Notes under the pieces: model-generated
What the model was told of the DNA's origin: nothing
Databases searched by the model: none
What the model saw: the letters and a program-made list of their open reading frames with translations, nothing else
Assembly (NCBI GenBank): GCA_021787475.1
Contig: JAJYLW010000008.1
Coordinates: 3,638 to 67,637, forward strand
Direction: 5' to 3'
Source: Actinomycetes bacterium
GTDB taxonomy: Bacteria > Actinomycetota > Thermoleophilia > BMS3ABIN01
DNA length: 64,000 nt
In this document: positions 47,839-57,763 of the stretch, piece by piece
Layout of the letters: each line of letters starts with the position of its first letter
Numbering within the stretch: position 1 is the first letter of the stretch
Position numbers and translations under genes: made by a program

Positions 47839-49277
47839 TAGGAGCCCGTCGGCAGTATCTTCTCCTCGTGGTACTCGCGGGCGCGGTTGACATCAAAGAC
47901 GCTCTGCCGCGTTTCCCCCAGCAGGTTGCGCGCCGCCAGCATGCCGGTCTTGATGGAATGGTCCATGTTGTTGTACTTGTAAGTCCCGTAGCGGCCGACA
48001 GTCTCCAGATTGCTGAAGCTGCCGACGTAATCAACGACTTTGCGGAGCAGCTCCTCATATCCCAGCTCGTACATGGGATAAGCCTTGGCGGTCCTGATCA
48101 CGAACGCATCGATGACATCATCCTTCTTAAGAAACCCAAGGCGCCGGTCCAGATCCTCAATAGTCAGGTCGATTAGCGCCTGATCGTCCATGTTCCAGAT
48201 CTCGCCGCCCTGAAAACAAAAATATTCCACCACAAGCGAGGTTTTGCCGGCAGGGACCATCTCCGCGCTCCAGTTGCGCGGCTCATGAATGCGGCCCAGG
48301 GTGATGGTCGGATCGTGGATGTAGATCCAGGTGTCGTCGGTCACGCGCGGTCTGTTGATCATCAGGTTGACCGTGATTAAATCGCGGTAGCGGAGCGAGC
48401 GGGCCGCCGTGGCCACTTCCGCCGGAGCCTCGGGCCTCATCGCCAGCGCCAGTTCTGTGAGAGGCATGCTGGAGCAGAGGCGCTTCAGCGGCAGGGCATA
48501 GCGTCCCTCGGGCCCCTCTACCTCAACAGACGTCACGACGCTTCCCTCATGGTTGACGGCAGTGACCCGCGAGCCAAGCCGAACCTCGCCCCCCAGCGCC
48601 GTCACGCTCTCGGCCAGGCGCTCGCTGATGCGGCCGATGCCCAGGCGCGGATACATAAACTTGTCAATCAAAGTCGTGACCTTGCCATTCCGGGAAGGAA
48701 ACAACGCCTCCTTGACAGCCACCCGCAGCGACAACCCCTTGATCCGCTGGGCGGCCCACTCGGCGCAGATGCGGCTGCAATCGATGCCCCAGACCTTCTC
48801 GGTATAGTTCTTGAAAAAAAGCTTGAACAACTCGTGCCCGAACTCGTTGCTGACCCAGTCCTCCAGGGAAACAATCTCGCGGTGATGGAAGAGATTCTTT
48901 ACTTTCAGGGAGCCGTAATCAAGCAGGCACCTGGCGGTTGTGCCGATGCCCATGCCAAACAAGGCATTTGCCGGTTTCAAGGGATAATCGAAATACCTGT
49001 TCCGGTAGAAGATCCTGCTGGTGCGGTTGACCCAGATGATCTCGTCACCCAGCAGGTCACGGAAGAACCGGTCAACCTCATCATCCTTGGTAAAAAAGCG
49101 GTGGCCGCCAATGTCGAAGCGAAAGCCGTCCCAGACCACTGTGCGGGAAATGCCGCCCACCTGCCCGCCCAATTCCAGCACGGCGGTATTAACACTGCTC
49201 TGGCATAAAATGTAGGCGGCGCTCAGGCCGGCGGGGCCGGCGCCGACCACGCACACGTCAACGGCGCTCTTGCTCAC
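47838..49277 (-). CDS. FAD-dependent oxidoreductase (UDP-galactopyranose mutase/protoporphyrinogen oxidase-like family)
   Basis: VVGAGPAGL, FDIGGHRFF, GRYGTYKYNNMDHS. Confidence 0.9.
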   Translation of the reverse strand: MSKSAVDVCVVGAGPAGLSAAYILCQSSVNTAVLELGGQVGGISRTVVWDGFRFDIGGHRFFTKDDEVDRFFRDLLGDEIIWVNRTSRIFYRNRYFDYPLKPANALFGMGIGTTARCLLDYGSLKVKNLFHHREIVSLEDWVSNEFGHELFKLFFKNYTEKVWGIDCSRICAEWAAQRIKGLSLRVAVKEALFPSRNGKVTTLIDKFMYPRLGIGRISERLAESVTALGGEVRLGSRVTAVNHEGSVVTSVEVEGPEGRYALPLKRLCSSMPLTELALAMRPEAPAEVATAARSLRYRDLITVNLMINRPRVTDDTWIYIHDPTITLGRIHEPRNWSAEMVPAGKTSLVVEYFCFQGGEIWNMDDQALIDLTIEDLDRRLGFLKKDDVIDAFVIRTAKAYPMYELGYEELLRKVVDYVGSFSNLETVGRYGTYKYNNMDHSIKTGMLAARNLLGETRQSVFDVNRAREYHEEKILPTGS

Positions 49278-49504
49278 CCTGTCTCCAGTCGTTTCATCGG
49301 CAAAAGCCGCAGACGCGCGTTGCCATCTTAAAAAATGCGAATGGGAATGTCGCAGGCGGCTGCAGCGGAAATATTGTAACTTGATTATAACTTTCGGCGG
49401 GCCGGGGCAACAAGAAGGAACGTATCAATTGCCGCCCGCCGTGACCGGTCCGGCGGAGACTGCAGCCGCCACGGGTGTTTCTTGCCTGAACATTTATGAA
49501 GCGG

Positions 49505-49606
49505 CAGAAAAAGTTGAGCCCGCAGGTGGGGGGAGGCTAAACTCACAACCCGCGGGCTCCTTTTAGGGCGGAGGCCAAGCCTCACTCCCTGTGTAATGGT
49601 GATTCA
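49505..49606 (-). ncRNA. Candidate small RNA (two hairpins plus terminator)
   Basis: Begins just after a sigma28-type promoter; ends in 12-bp stem followed by AACTTTTTC. Confidence 0.45.
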
Positions 49607-49612
49607 AAAATA

Positions 49613-49639
49613 TTATCGACCCGGCAGGTCATTCCTTTA
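49613..49639 (-). promoter_or_regulatory. Sigma28 (FliA/WhiG)-type promoter
   Basis: TAAA-15 bp-GTCGATAA versus consensus TAAA-N15-GCCGATAA. Confidence 0.6.
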
Positions 49640-49793
49640 GAAATACGGTACTAAAACCCATATTTGAAAAACCCATTAGAACGCTGCAAAAAGAAGATTT
49701 AATCCCGAAAACCCTGTAGGATGGCGTAAGACGAATGACAACTGGAGCAAGTCCTGACAAGGTCAAAAAATGTTTATTTGAGCAATCAATTAT

Positions 49794-50144
49794 TTGCCAT
49801 GCTACGACCGAGGGAGGGAAAAAATGAATCAGAAGCGGGAGGAAAGCGATGCGCCGGCCCCGGGGCCCCAGGTAAAAGTGCAGGTTCCACCCGAGGTGCA
49901 GCGCGGAGTTTACGCCAACATGGCGCGGGTCAATCATTCACAGTTTGAGTTCTCGATTGATTTTGCCAATGCTGATTTTGCCGGCCATGACAACGCCGGA
50001 AATATTCCTGCGATCGTGGTCGCCCGGGTGATGGTCAGCCACGAGTTTATGCCGCATTTGCTGGAGGCCCTGAAGGAAAATTACAGTCGTTTTCTCACCC
50101 GCCGCGACATTGACGGCCTGCCGGAGACCGAGGAGCCGAAATAA
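49794..50144 (+). CDS. DUF3467 family protein
   Basis: GVYANMARVNHSQFEFSIDF...VVARVMVS; likely start ATG 49824 after GGGAGG. Confidence 0.85.
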   Translation: MPCYDRGREKMNQKREESDAPAPGPQVKVQVPPEVQRGVYANMARVNHSQFEFSIDFANADFAGHDNAGNIPAIVVARVMVSHEFMPHLLEALKENYSRFLTRRDIDGLPETEEPK

Positions 50145-50187
50145 ACCACCTTCTGAGCCGCGACTTCCCCGGACGCAAAACACCCAA

Positions 50188-50252
50188 AGACATATCCCGG
50201 CAGGCAATTCGTGGCGAGGCCGCAGCAGGATACACCTGCTGGGATAGGCTCT
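50188..50252. repeat. MITE/REP-like element copy 4
   Basis: ATCCCGGCAGGCAATTCGTGGCGAGGCCGCAGCAGGATACACCTGCTGGGATAGGCTCT. Confidence 0.8.
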
Positions 50253-50985
50253 AGGCGGCCTTGACGCCTGCCGGCATCTTCCATTCCAGCGCCAGGTACG
50301 GCGGCGGCGCCGTCTGCCTGCGAATGAAGTCGATGCCTGAGAGGTTAAGGAGTTCTTCCCGCATCCAGACGTCATACGGGTGGCTCGATCTGGCGAACCG
50401 CGCAATTGACGACGCCGGTTCGTTTCCCTCGGCATACATGATGATCATATCGCCCTCGGGCGAATGTTTGAGGAAAAAACGTTCGCCGGTCAGCCCGAAG
50501 CGCTGCTGGTATTCCCTGTACTCTGCCACCCGGGTTACTGTCGCCGTGTGCAGCCACTGGCGAAAATCATCAAGCTTGCCGGTAAGAACGGGAAAAACAG
50601 TGGCCACCGAGTCCGCCGGTTTTGTTCCTGCCTCCGGCGACTCGTACAACAATTCAGCCGGCTTGATCTGGCGGTAATCGCAAAGATCGTAGCCGGTAAG
50701 CGCAAATATTTTCTCCCGGAACCAGATATCGTGCAGGTTGTCTGATTCACCAATAATCATCATTGACCGGTCAAGGTCACCGCCCTCAAAATAAAAAATC
50801 AGCAAATCGCCCGCGTTGGTCACCTCTATCCATGCCCGCTCATGCGTGATGCCAAGGCCACGACGTGAAGCCTCATGCTCCCCAAGTCGTTTCCCTTGGA
50901 TTTCTTTGGCAAATTCGATCACCTCTGGCGTCATGCCCGGTGCGATATGAAATACGGCGGCAGTTGTTTTCATTATTTCGTTCAT
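50251..50985 (-). CDS. Hypothetical protein with two tandem similar alpha/beta domains
   Basis: Internal duplication: ERAW...GDLLIFYFEG...HDIWFRE..LTGYD versus ERFF...GDMIIMYAEG...YDVWMRE..LSGID. Confidence 0.8.
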   Translation of the reverse strand: MNEIMKTTAAVFHIAPGMTPEVIEFAKEIQGKRLGEHEASRRGLGITHERAWIEVTNAGDLLIFYFEGGDLDRSMMIIGESDNLHDIWFREKIFALTGYDLCDYRQIKPAELLYESPEAGTKPADSVATVFPVLTGKLDDFRQWLHTATVTRVAEYREYQQRFGLTGERFFLKHSPEGDMIIMYAEGNEPASSIARFARSSHPYDVWMREELLNLSGIDFIRRQTAPPPYLALEWKMPAGVKAA

Positions 50986-51131
50986 TCCGATCACCTTCCC
51001 AAAAAAGCGGAGGCGGGCGCGCCGACGCTGTTTGTCAGTTCTCTTCTTAGATTCCCGCTGGCGCGGCGCGCGAAACCGGGAGCCGCAGAAACCCGGTTCC
51101 ACGCGCAAACCGGTTGGCGTCGTCGGTCCGT

Positions 51132-51160
51132 AAAAAAAGGGACCGGGCAAGCCCGGTCCC
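51132..51160 (-). terminator. Intrinsic terminator after rhodanese gene
   Basis: GGGACCGGG-cttg-CCCGGTCCC-TTTTTTT. Confidence 0.85.
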
Positions 51161-51187
51161 ACTTGTTTCCTTTCCTCGCCAGCAGCC

Positions 51188-52276
51188 TTATTGGCCAGGG
51201 CCGCCCGGCGCCGCGCCGGTCACGGTCGGCAGGCTGTTTTTATCAGTGGCCGTGAACTTGCGGCCAACGGTGTTGTTCCAGGTGGCAATGTCAAAACCGA
51301 GCGCCCCGGTATTTGACTTCTGCTGGCTGATGCCCAGCAGGTTCAGCCCGATGGCCACGTACTCCTCCAAGTCGTGCCGGTCGCCGGTGACAAGGATCTG
51401 CTTGGAACGGTCTATCTTTGCCAGGTTCGGATAGGTGTCTCCCACTTTCTTGAATAGATCCTGGTATGGCAGGTTAATTGCTCCCGGCAGATGCCCCTTG
51501 GCGTAATCGGAGGCGCTTCGAATGTCAATAATAGTGTAACTTGACAATGGCTTCTTGTTGACTGTCTGGTCAGCGCCAACGTTTAGCCGGCCCGGCATGC
51601 TGGGAAGCACTTTCTGTGCCTCCGCAATCAGGTCGCCGCTGACGGCTGGCAGCGGGAAGCTGCTCGTTTGCTCGTTAGAAGCCGTTTGCAAAGGATTGGT
51701 GTTGTTATAGGTAGGCGGCTTCTCAACAGTGTTGTAGCCGAGCATGCCCCAGTCCAGCCCTTCAATTTTGGGCGCCGGCGTTCCCAGCTTGCCGCTCTTG
51801 GCCAGATCGTAAAGGACAGGCGTGGCAATGCTCTGGGTGTGCGCTGTATAGCAGTGAACCACGATCGTCTTGTTTGTATGCTTTGCCAGCTCCGCGTTGA
51901 TCTTGGCGATGCTGTCAGGGTTGGCAATCGTTTTATAGGGAATGTTAATTGCTCCCGGGATATGGCCGGGTGACGAGCTTGAAGCTTGCGCGTAGTCCTG
52001 AGCGCTGCGTACGTCGATTACCAACGGAGCATCAGCAGGCTTGCCGCTCGTTAGAAGCTTGTTGAGATCAGTTGCAGAAATGGTTTGTTGAGCGGCGGGC
52101 GAATTCAGGAATTGATTCAACAGGCTTGCCGTTTTGTCAAAATTGGTAACCGGCCCCGCCGCAGTCGCGGGGCTACTGGTCGTGCCACCACCGCACCCCG
52201 CTGCCAGCGCAACAATGACTAGTAGCAGCGCTGCCGAAACTGCGAACAGGCCCTTCAGCTTTCGATTTTCTCTCAT
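51188..52276 (-). CDS. Tandem rhodanese-domain lipoprotein
   Basis: Lipobox LAAG-C, IDVRS..GHIPGAINIP twice, HCYTAHT loop in domain 1; ATG after GAGAGGGG. Confidence 0.9.
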   Translation of the reverse strand: MRENRKLKGLFAVSAALLLVIVALAAGCGGGTTSSPATAAGPVTNFDKTASLLNQFLNSPAAQQTISATDLNKLLTSGKPADAPLVIDVRSAQDYAQASSSSPGHIPGAINIPYKTIANPDSIAKINAELAKHTNKTIVVHCYTAHTQSIATPVLYDLAKSGKLGTPAPKIEGLDWGMLGYNTVEKPPTYNNTNPLQTASNEQTSSFPLPAVSGDLIAEAQKVLPSMPGRLNVGADQTVNKKPLSSYTIIDIRSASDYAKGHLPGAINLPYQDLFKKVGDTYPNLAKIDRSKQILVTGDRHDLEEYVAIGLNLLGISQQKSNTGALGFDIATWNNTVGRKFTATDKNSLPTVTGAAPGGPGQ

Positions 52277-52636
52277 TTCCCCTCTCCCTTCATTCAGATA
52301 GATTGTTATTAGACACTGAAGACAAAAAATTTCGTTCCTGCGGCCCAGCCTGCCGGCCAAGCTTATCATATTTTTAAAAATCTTTTAACATTCTCAATGC
52401 CTTGATTTTCCTGAAACTGGAAGGCTTCATCTAATCTGCCAGCATCGGCATAAGCGAGTCTGGAATAGGGAAAAACAGAGGATGACAAACAGCTCAGCAA
52501 CCGGCGTTTGAGGAATATGCGAGAAAAATTGCCCAAGAATACGAGGAAACTTACTTTAACCTTCAATTGTTACAATTATTACATTCTGGCGCGGCGAAGT
52601 CAAATACCTAGCCACGTTCCAAAAAAATCATCGTCC

Positions 52637-54363
52637 TTATGCCTGCGCCCCTGTCCCCAGGGAAGGTCCGCCATTATACTCGGATTCCAATTTCTTTATC
52701 GCGGCGGCGCTATAATAACAATAAAAAGCTCCATCATCAAGCGTGCTATCGGCGGCTGAGACCGCCTTTCCCCAATAGCTGCCCTTCCCCGGCTTGTTCC
52801 AAAAGATGATGACGACGCGATAACTGCCGTGGGCATTTTGTATCTCCTGGGCAACGTCACTGACTGTCTTAACCCGATAGACTTTCTTCATCGTCAAGGA
52901 AACAGGCTGGGGCGGATGATAAGGAACCTCCATGTCCGGCGAAAAAACCACATCATCAGCCACCGTATGTTTATTTGTAACATCAGCAACATGATACCAA
53001 AAGGTATTCTTTGGGTTAAAAAAGTGATCGTATTCGGGGCTGGCCTGGGCAATGGAAAAGCCGGCCAGGATAAAAGCGCCAATGATGGCGGTAAACATAT
53101 ACTTGAAAGAGCCGGCCTCTTTTTTTGACCTGACCGCCATCACCAGGGACACCGGAATCAATACAAAGGGAACGGTGGCAAAGGGAACGGATAGTTTGAG
53201 CACCGAAAAACTGTGAACAGCGGAGTGGTTTAAAAAAGCTAATATCTGCAGGATGCACGGCACTGTAATAATGAACGAAAGGCGCGCAATCGATTGAATT
53301 GCGGGCGCCACAGCCCGTTTCTGCCGTTTCCTCCAATTGACAAAAAAGTATATTCCAATGGAAAACAAAACAGTGATGGCAATGACGGCCAATCCGAAGA
53401 GGCCATAGCCTTCTTTCGCCCACCTGGCGATATGGTGGAGATAGCCGCCGCTTCCGGCACCAAGCTCGCTGGTGGAACCGTTCAGTCCGGACCGCACGAC
53501 ATATTTGTGCTTTATCCACTCGGCAGCATTCTCAAGGTCTCCCCACATCATCGCGGTTACTTGGATCAAAAATACAAATATGGCGGCCAGCGGCGGCGTC
53601 GCGAACTTAAGACTGTCTTTGAAAAAATCTTTCCTGGGACGGAAGCGGATCTCTCCGAAGAATAACCTGTCTAAATAAAAAATGAAGGCGATAAAAACAA
53701 AAAACCAATCGGTAAAGGTCCCGTAGAAAAAGACAAGGGCCTGAAGCAAATCAACGATTGACCGGAAGCGGCCCCGGCGGCCTTCCCTGACCACTTCCAG
53801 AAACACCACCAAGACAAAAGGCAAGATCACGGCCTGGTCCGTAAAAAAGGAATTCTGAAAATAATAAAAGGGCTCGGGTAAAAAAAGTTCCAGCAAGATA
53901 GGAATCAAGGCAAACAGGAATGCATGGTTTGCACGAAGCTGCAAACGTCTCAGAAAAAAGAAAACGGTCAAAGAGAGAAAGAGCGTGACCAGGAAGCCGT
54001 TAACAAGATCATAAGACATAACCAAACCGACCGAGGGCGCGTGATTCATTATTTCGCTGATCAGAAAAACCGGAATTACAGCCCCGGACGGATATGAAAG
54101 GTACGGCATGCGGCTAAATTGTGTTGACAGTTCTGGGGATTTAGGCAGTTCGTAAAGGCCAAACCTGAGGTGCCAAATTCCTTCTCTATACCAGTTATCT
54201 GTAAATATTACAGTGCTGGCGGTTAGCCAGTCATGATTCTGGCCGGAATAAAACCCGAACCACGGCCGCCGCAGCTCAACGGCAAGAAAAAAAGTGAAGC
54301 AGTTATTACAATCAAACCCAGGCAGGCAATGGTCTTGGATTTTTCGGTAACAAATGTCATCAT
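52637..54363 (-). CDS. Multi-TM GT-C-like membrane protein, frameshifted near 5' end
   Basis: Many TM segments, YLSYPSG loop; N-terminal TM helix (from ATG 54363) is out of frame at a T7 run (54287-54293). Confidence 0.65.
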
Positions 54364-54418
54364 TTTGAAACAATAATAGCAAAGCTGATACGTGTCAAGG
54401 TGGAGCGCCGGCACCCTG

Positions 54419-54449
54419 AAAAAAGGGCGGCCCGGAAAAAGCCGCCCTT
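54419..54449 (-). terminator. Terminator after beta-propeller gene
   Basis: AAGGGCGGC...GCCGCCCTTTTTT. Confidence 0.7.
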
Positions 54450-54514
54450 CACTTTCAATTCGATTCTCCGAGCCCCCTGGGATAAGCTCTTTCTTCGTTT
54501 TTACGGATAAGTGT

Positions 54515-56929
54515 TTACGGATAAGTGTAGGTCGTTCCGCAGTTATCCTGGGCCGCAGCATGCATCGATGTCAGGAATGAGCCGACCCCGGTCGGGACAT
54601 TGTAGATTAGCGTCACAGGTGCGGAACTGCCGGCGCTGATATTGCCGACGCTGGCTGGAACGGCAGAGAGCATGGACACGCCATTGGAGCCGGACGCGCT
54701 CATGATCTGGACACTATCAGCATCATTGCCCCCAGCATTACCAATCACAAACGTGACCGACAGGCGCCCGGCTGAATAATCGCTTAAAGAGGCCCAAGAA
54801 GCCTGGTATGACTGAATATCCAGGCTAGGCTTGCCGCCATTGCAAGCAGTGTAAGCATAAACGCCGCCGCCGTACGTGCCGGCAAAAACAGTGTTTTGGG
54901 CGTTGGCGTTTTGGGAGGCGGCCAGCGCGTTGATAGTGGTATTGCCAAGGCCGCTGTTTACTGCGTCCCAGTTGCCGCCGCCGTCAACTGACTGAAAGAC
55001 GCCGCCGCCGTAAGTGCCGGCAAAGATGGCGCCGTCTTTGGCAAAGTTTGCGGAGATCGCCAGCGACGTCACCTCAAGGTTGGCGATCCCGGCGCTGGCG
55101 CTGCTCCAGATGCCGCCGCCATCGGTTGATTTAAAGACGCCGCCCCCCCAGGTGCCGGCGAAGACAGTTCCGTCAGCGGAAAAGCCCGGCGAGAGGGCAA
55201 GTGCATAAATATTCGTGCCCGAAAGCCCGGTATTCACAGGAGCCCAGTTGCCGCCCCCGTTTGTGGATTTAACGACGCCGCCCCCGTTGGTGCCGGCAAA
55301 AATGGTATGGTCCGCGCTAAAGTTCGGCGAAATTGCCAAAGCGGAAATGGCGTAGCCGCCGCTCGGGTAAACCCGGGCCCAGCTTGTTCCTCCATTGGTT
55401 GTCAGGTAAACGCCATCGACGCTGCCGGCAAATGCCGTGTTGTCCGCTGCGAAGTCCGGAGAAAGCGCCAGCGCCACAATATACATGTTTGCGAAACCGG
55501 TGCTGGCGGGACTCCAGCTGCCGCCCCTGTTGGTCGATTTATAGACGCCTTTTCCGTACGCGCCGGCAAAGACGGTGCCGTCGGCCGCAAAGTTGGGCGA
55601 TACTGCCAGCGCATCGAAATATGCGTTCGCGGGAAGCCCGCCGTTTTCAGCGTTCCAGCTACTGCCGCCGTCAATCGATTTAAAGATGCCAGCCCCGTTG
55701 GGGGCGGAAAAAACCGTGCTGTCGGTGAGAAAATTCGGCGAAACCGTCAAGGAGTAGACATATGTATTGTTGATGCCGACGCTGGCCGCACTCCAACCGG
55801 CGCCGCCGTTTGTTGTCTTGAAGACGCCGCCGCCGCGGCTGCCGGCAAACAAAGTCTGGTCGGCGCCAAAGTTTGGCGATGGCGCCAGCGCAAGGATAAA
55901 AGTGTTGCTGAGGCCGCTGTTTACCGCACTCCAGTCAGAACCGCCGTCGGCCGATTTATAAATGCCGGAATTGGTGGCAACTGCGAAGACAACGTTATCG
56001 CTGGCAAAGTTGGGTGAGACCGCCAGCGAGACAATGTTTGCGGGCAGCCCATTGTTCGCCGCGCTCCAACCGCCGCCGCCGTTTATTGTCTTAAAGACGC
56101 CGCCGCCCCAGGTGCCGGCAAACAATGTTTTGTCAGTAGCAAACCCAGGCGATATGGACAACCACGTTATATTCTGGTTGACAAGGCCGGAGTTTTCGGC
56201 GTTCCAGTTGGCGCCGCCATCAGTTGATGCGTAGACGCCGCCGCCGTAAGTGCCGGCGAAGACAGTATGGTCGGAACTAAAGCCAGGTGAGAACGCAAGC
56301 CCGAAGATATCCATGTTTGCCGGCAGCCCGCCGCCGACAGCGTTCCAGCTTGCGCCCCCATCGGTCGACTCAAAGAGGCCGGCGGCAGTGCCGGCAAAGA
56401 CAGTGTGATCAGAGCTGAATCCCGGCGAGACGGCCAGCGAATCAACGCTGCTGTTTGAAAGGCCGCTGCTGGCCGCGGCCCAGTTTGATCCGCCATCGAC
56501 AGATTTGAAAATTCCGCCGCCGGAACCGGCAAAGATAGTTTTGTCTGCGGGAAAGTCGGGCGAGGCGGCCAGAGAAGTGAAATTCGCGCCAGCCGGCAGT
56601 CCGCTGCCGGCAGCCGCCCAACTGGCGCCGGCGTCAGTCGACTTGTAAATCTGACTGGCTGTGGCAACGAACAGGCTGTTGTCGGTGGCAAACCCTGGCG
56701 AAACTGCGACGGCCTTAATAGTGCCGCCAAAAGGACCGTTGGTTGTCCATTGATTTATTCCTGCCAGGCCCGTCTGGGGCGAGCCGGAAACCGCCATGAA
56801 GACGAGCATAAAAAAACCGGCAAGAACCCTGAATGTCCACGAATCGCCGACATGTCTCCCCCCGTCCCGCCGGGCATTTTTTTTCTCGATCGACTGCGCA
56901 CAGCCGCCAATTCTTTTAATTACCCTCAT
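54515..56929 (-). CDS. Secreted BNR/Asp-box beta-propeller protein with C-terminal TYTYP domain
   Basis: About 14 repeats of LAxSPxFxxDxTxFAGTxGGGVxKSTDGGxxW; signal-peptide-like segment; start uncertain. Confidence 0.9.
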   Translation of the reverse strand: MRVIKRIGGCAQSIEKKNARRDGGRHVGDSWTFRVLAGFFMLVFMAVSGSPQTGLAGINQWTTNGPFGGTIKAVAVSPGFATDNSLFVATASQIYKSTDAGASWAAAGSGLPAGANFTSLAASPDFPADKTIFAGSGGGIFKSVDGGSNWAAASSGLSNSSVDSLAVSPGFSSDHTVFAGTAAGLFESTDGGASWNAVGGGLPANMDIFGLAFSPGFSSDHTVFAGTYGGGVYASTDGGANWNAENSGLVNQNITWLSISPGFATDKTLFAGTWGGGVFKTINGGGGWSAANNGLPANIVSLAVSPNFASDNVVFAVATNSGIYKSADGGSDWSAVNSGLSNTFILALAPSPNFGADQTLFAGSRGGGVFKTTNGGAGWSAASVGINNTYVYSLTVSPNFLTDSTVFSAPNGAGIFKSIDGGSSWNAENGGLPANAYFDALAVSPNFAADGTVFAGAYGKGVYKSTNRGGSWSPASTGFANMYIVALALSPDFAADNTAFAGSVDGVYLTTNGGTSWARVYPSGGYAISALAISPNFSADHTIFAGTNGGGVVKSTNGGGNWAPVNTGLSGTNIYALALSPGFSADGTVFAGTWGGGVFKSTDGGGIWSSASAGIANLEVTSLAISANFAKDGAIFAGTYGGGVFQSVDGGGNWDAVNSGLGNTTINALAASQNANAQNTVFAGTYGGGVYAYTACNGGKPSLDIQSYQASWASLSDYSAGRLSVTFVIGNAGGNDADSVQIMSASGSNGVSMLSAVPASVGNISAGSSAPVTLIYNVPTGVGSFLTSMHAAAQDNCGTTYTYP

Positions 56930-56975
56930 TCCCCATCCCCTCAGTGGTTGTAATTGAAAAAATTGCAGGAATTTT

Positions 56976-57003
56976 ATTGTACAACAATATAAATGTATGT
57001 CAA
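56976..57003 (-). promoter_or_regulatory. Sigma70-type promoter of beta-propeller gene
   Basis: TTGACA-16 bp-TACAAT. Confidence 0.65.
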
Positions 57004-57204
57004 TCGCAAAACGTTTATTGGAAGACGGCAGGATGCGCTGTTCTGCGGGTTTTCCCGGCATTATCCAGATGAAACCGACCGTCCTGGTCTGTCCGTTGAC
57101 ATGGAAATCACACGCATATATCTCCGGCCCAGATCGGCATATGATTTTGACCTCAATGCCTCGATATTCTCCCGGGGCGATTCCCGCATTCAGGCTTCAG
57201 GGAT

Positions 57205-57425
57205 CATTGACATTTTTAATCTTTTCTGCCGTGACGTCCAGCCGGAAGCGGAAGAAAGAGTGAATTGTCTGGCCGGAACCGTTGACCCCCGCCACGCCCA
57301 TTGGTGCCAGAACAGCGAGCTGCTTCCCTGCTACCGAGCGGAATGCTCCAGCAGCGTGGACTTGCATGTGGCCGCTCTTCCTGTGATGAAGATGTTGGCG
57401 CCGGAGCCCTTCATCATTTCGAGAA
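57205..57425 (-). pseudogene. PIF1/RecD-like helicase fragment
   Basis: NIFITGRAATCKSTLL (decayed Walker A), frameshift, then LAVLAPMGVAGVNGSGQTIHSFFRF. Confidence 0.75.
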
Positions 57426-57522
57426 CCCAGGTGGCTGTCAAAATGGCTGTCAAATTGAGAAAAAGCTGCTTTTTTCGAGCAGTCAATTTCCCTGAAATAA
57501 TCAGATTTGCAGGATATCTGAC

Positions 57523-57598
57523 TGGAGCCGACGTGCGGAATCGAACCGCAGACCTGCTCATTACGAGTGAGCTGCTCTACCAGCTGAGCTACGTCGGC
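57523..57598 (-). tRNA. tRNA-Thr (CGT)
   Basis: GCCGACGTAGCTCAG...CTCGTAA...GGTTCGATTCC...CCA. Confidence 0.97.
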
Positions 57599-57763
57599 AA
57601 AAAAGCGGATGGCAGATGGTGGATATTGGATGGTGGATTAAGCCATCCAATTTAGAGCCATTATGATGATTTATTATAACGGACCGGCAGACAGCGTTGA
57701 AATTTATGTTATGAACACCACTTTGCTCAAATCCAGGTTCAATCTACCATCAACAATCCACCG

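Noticed and set aside
54850-56750. Repeats within the beta-propeller gene as a DNA repeat array or DGR template
   Set aside because: They are diverged in-frame protein repeats; no reverse transcriptase or adenine-specific variation seen
56993-57655. 220-aa plus-strand ORF
   Set aside because: Overlaps tRNA-Thr and the helicase remnant; composite of debris rather than a real gene
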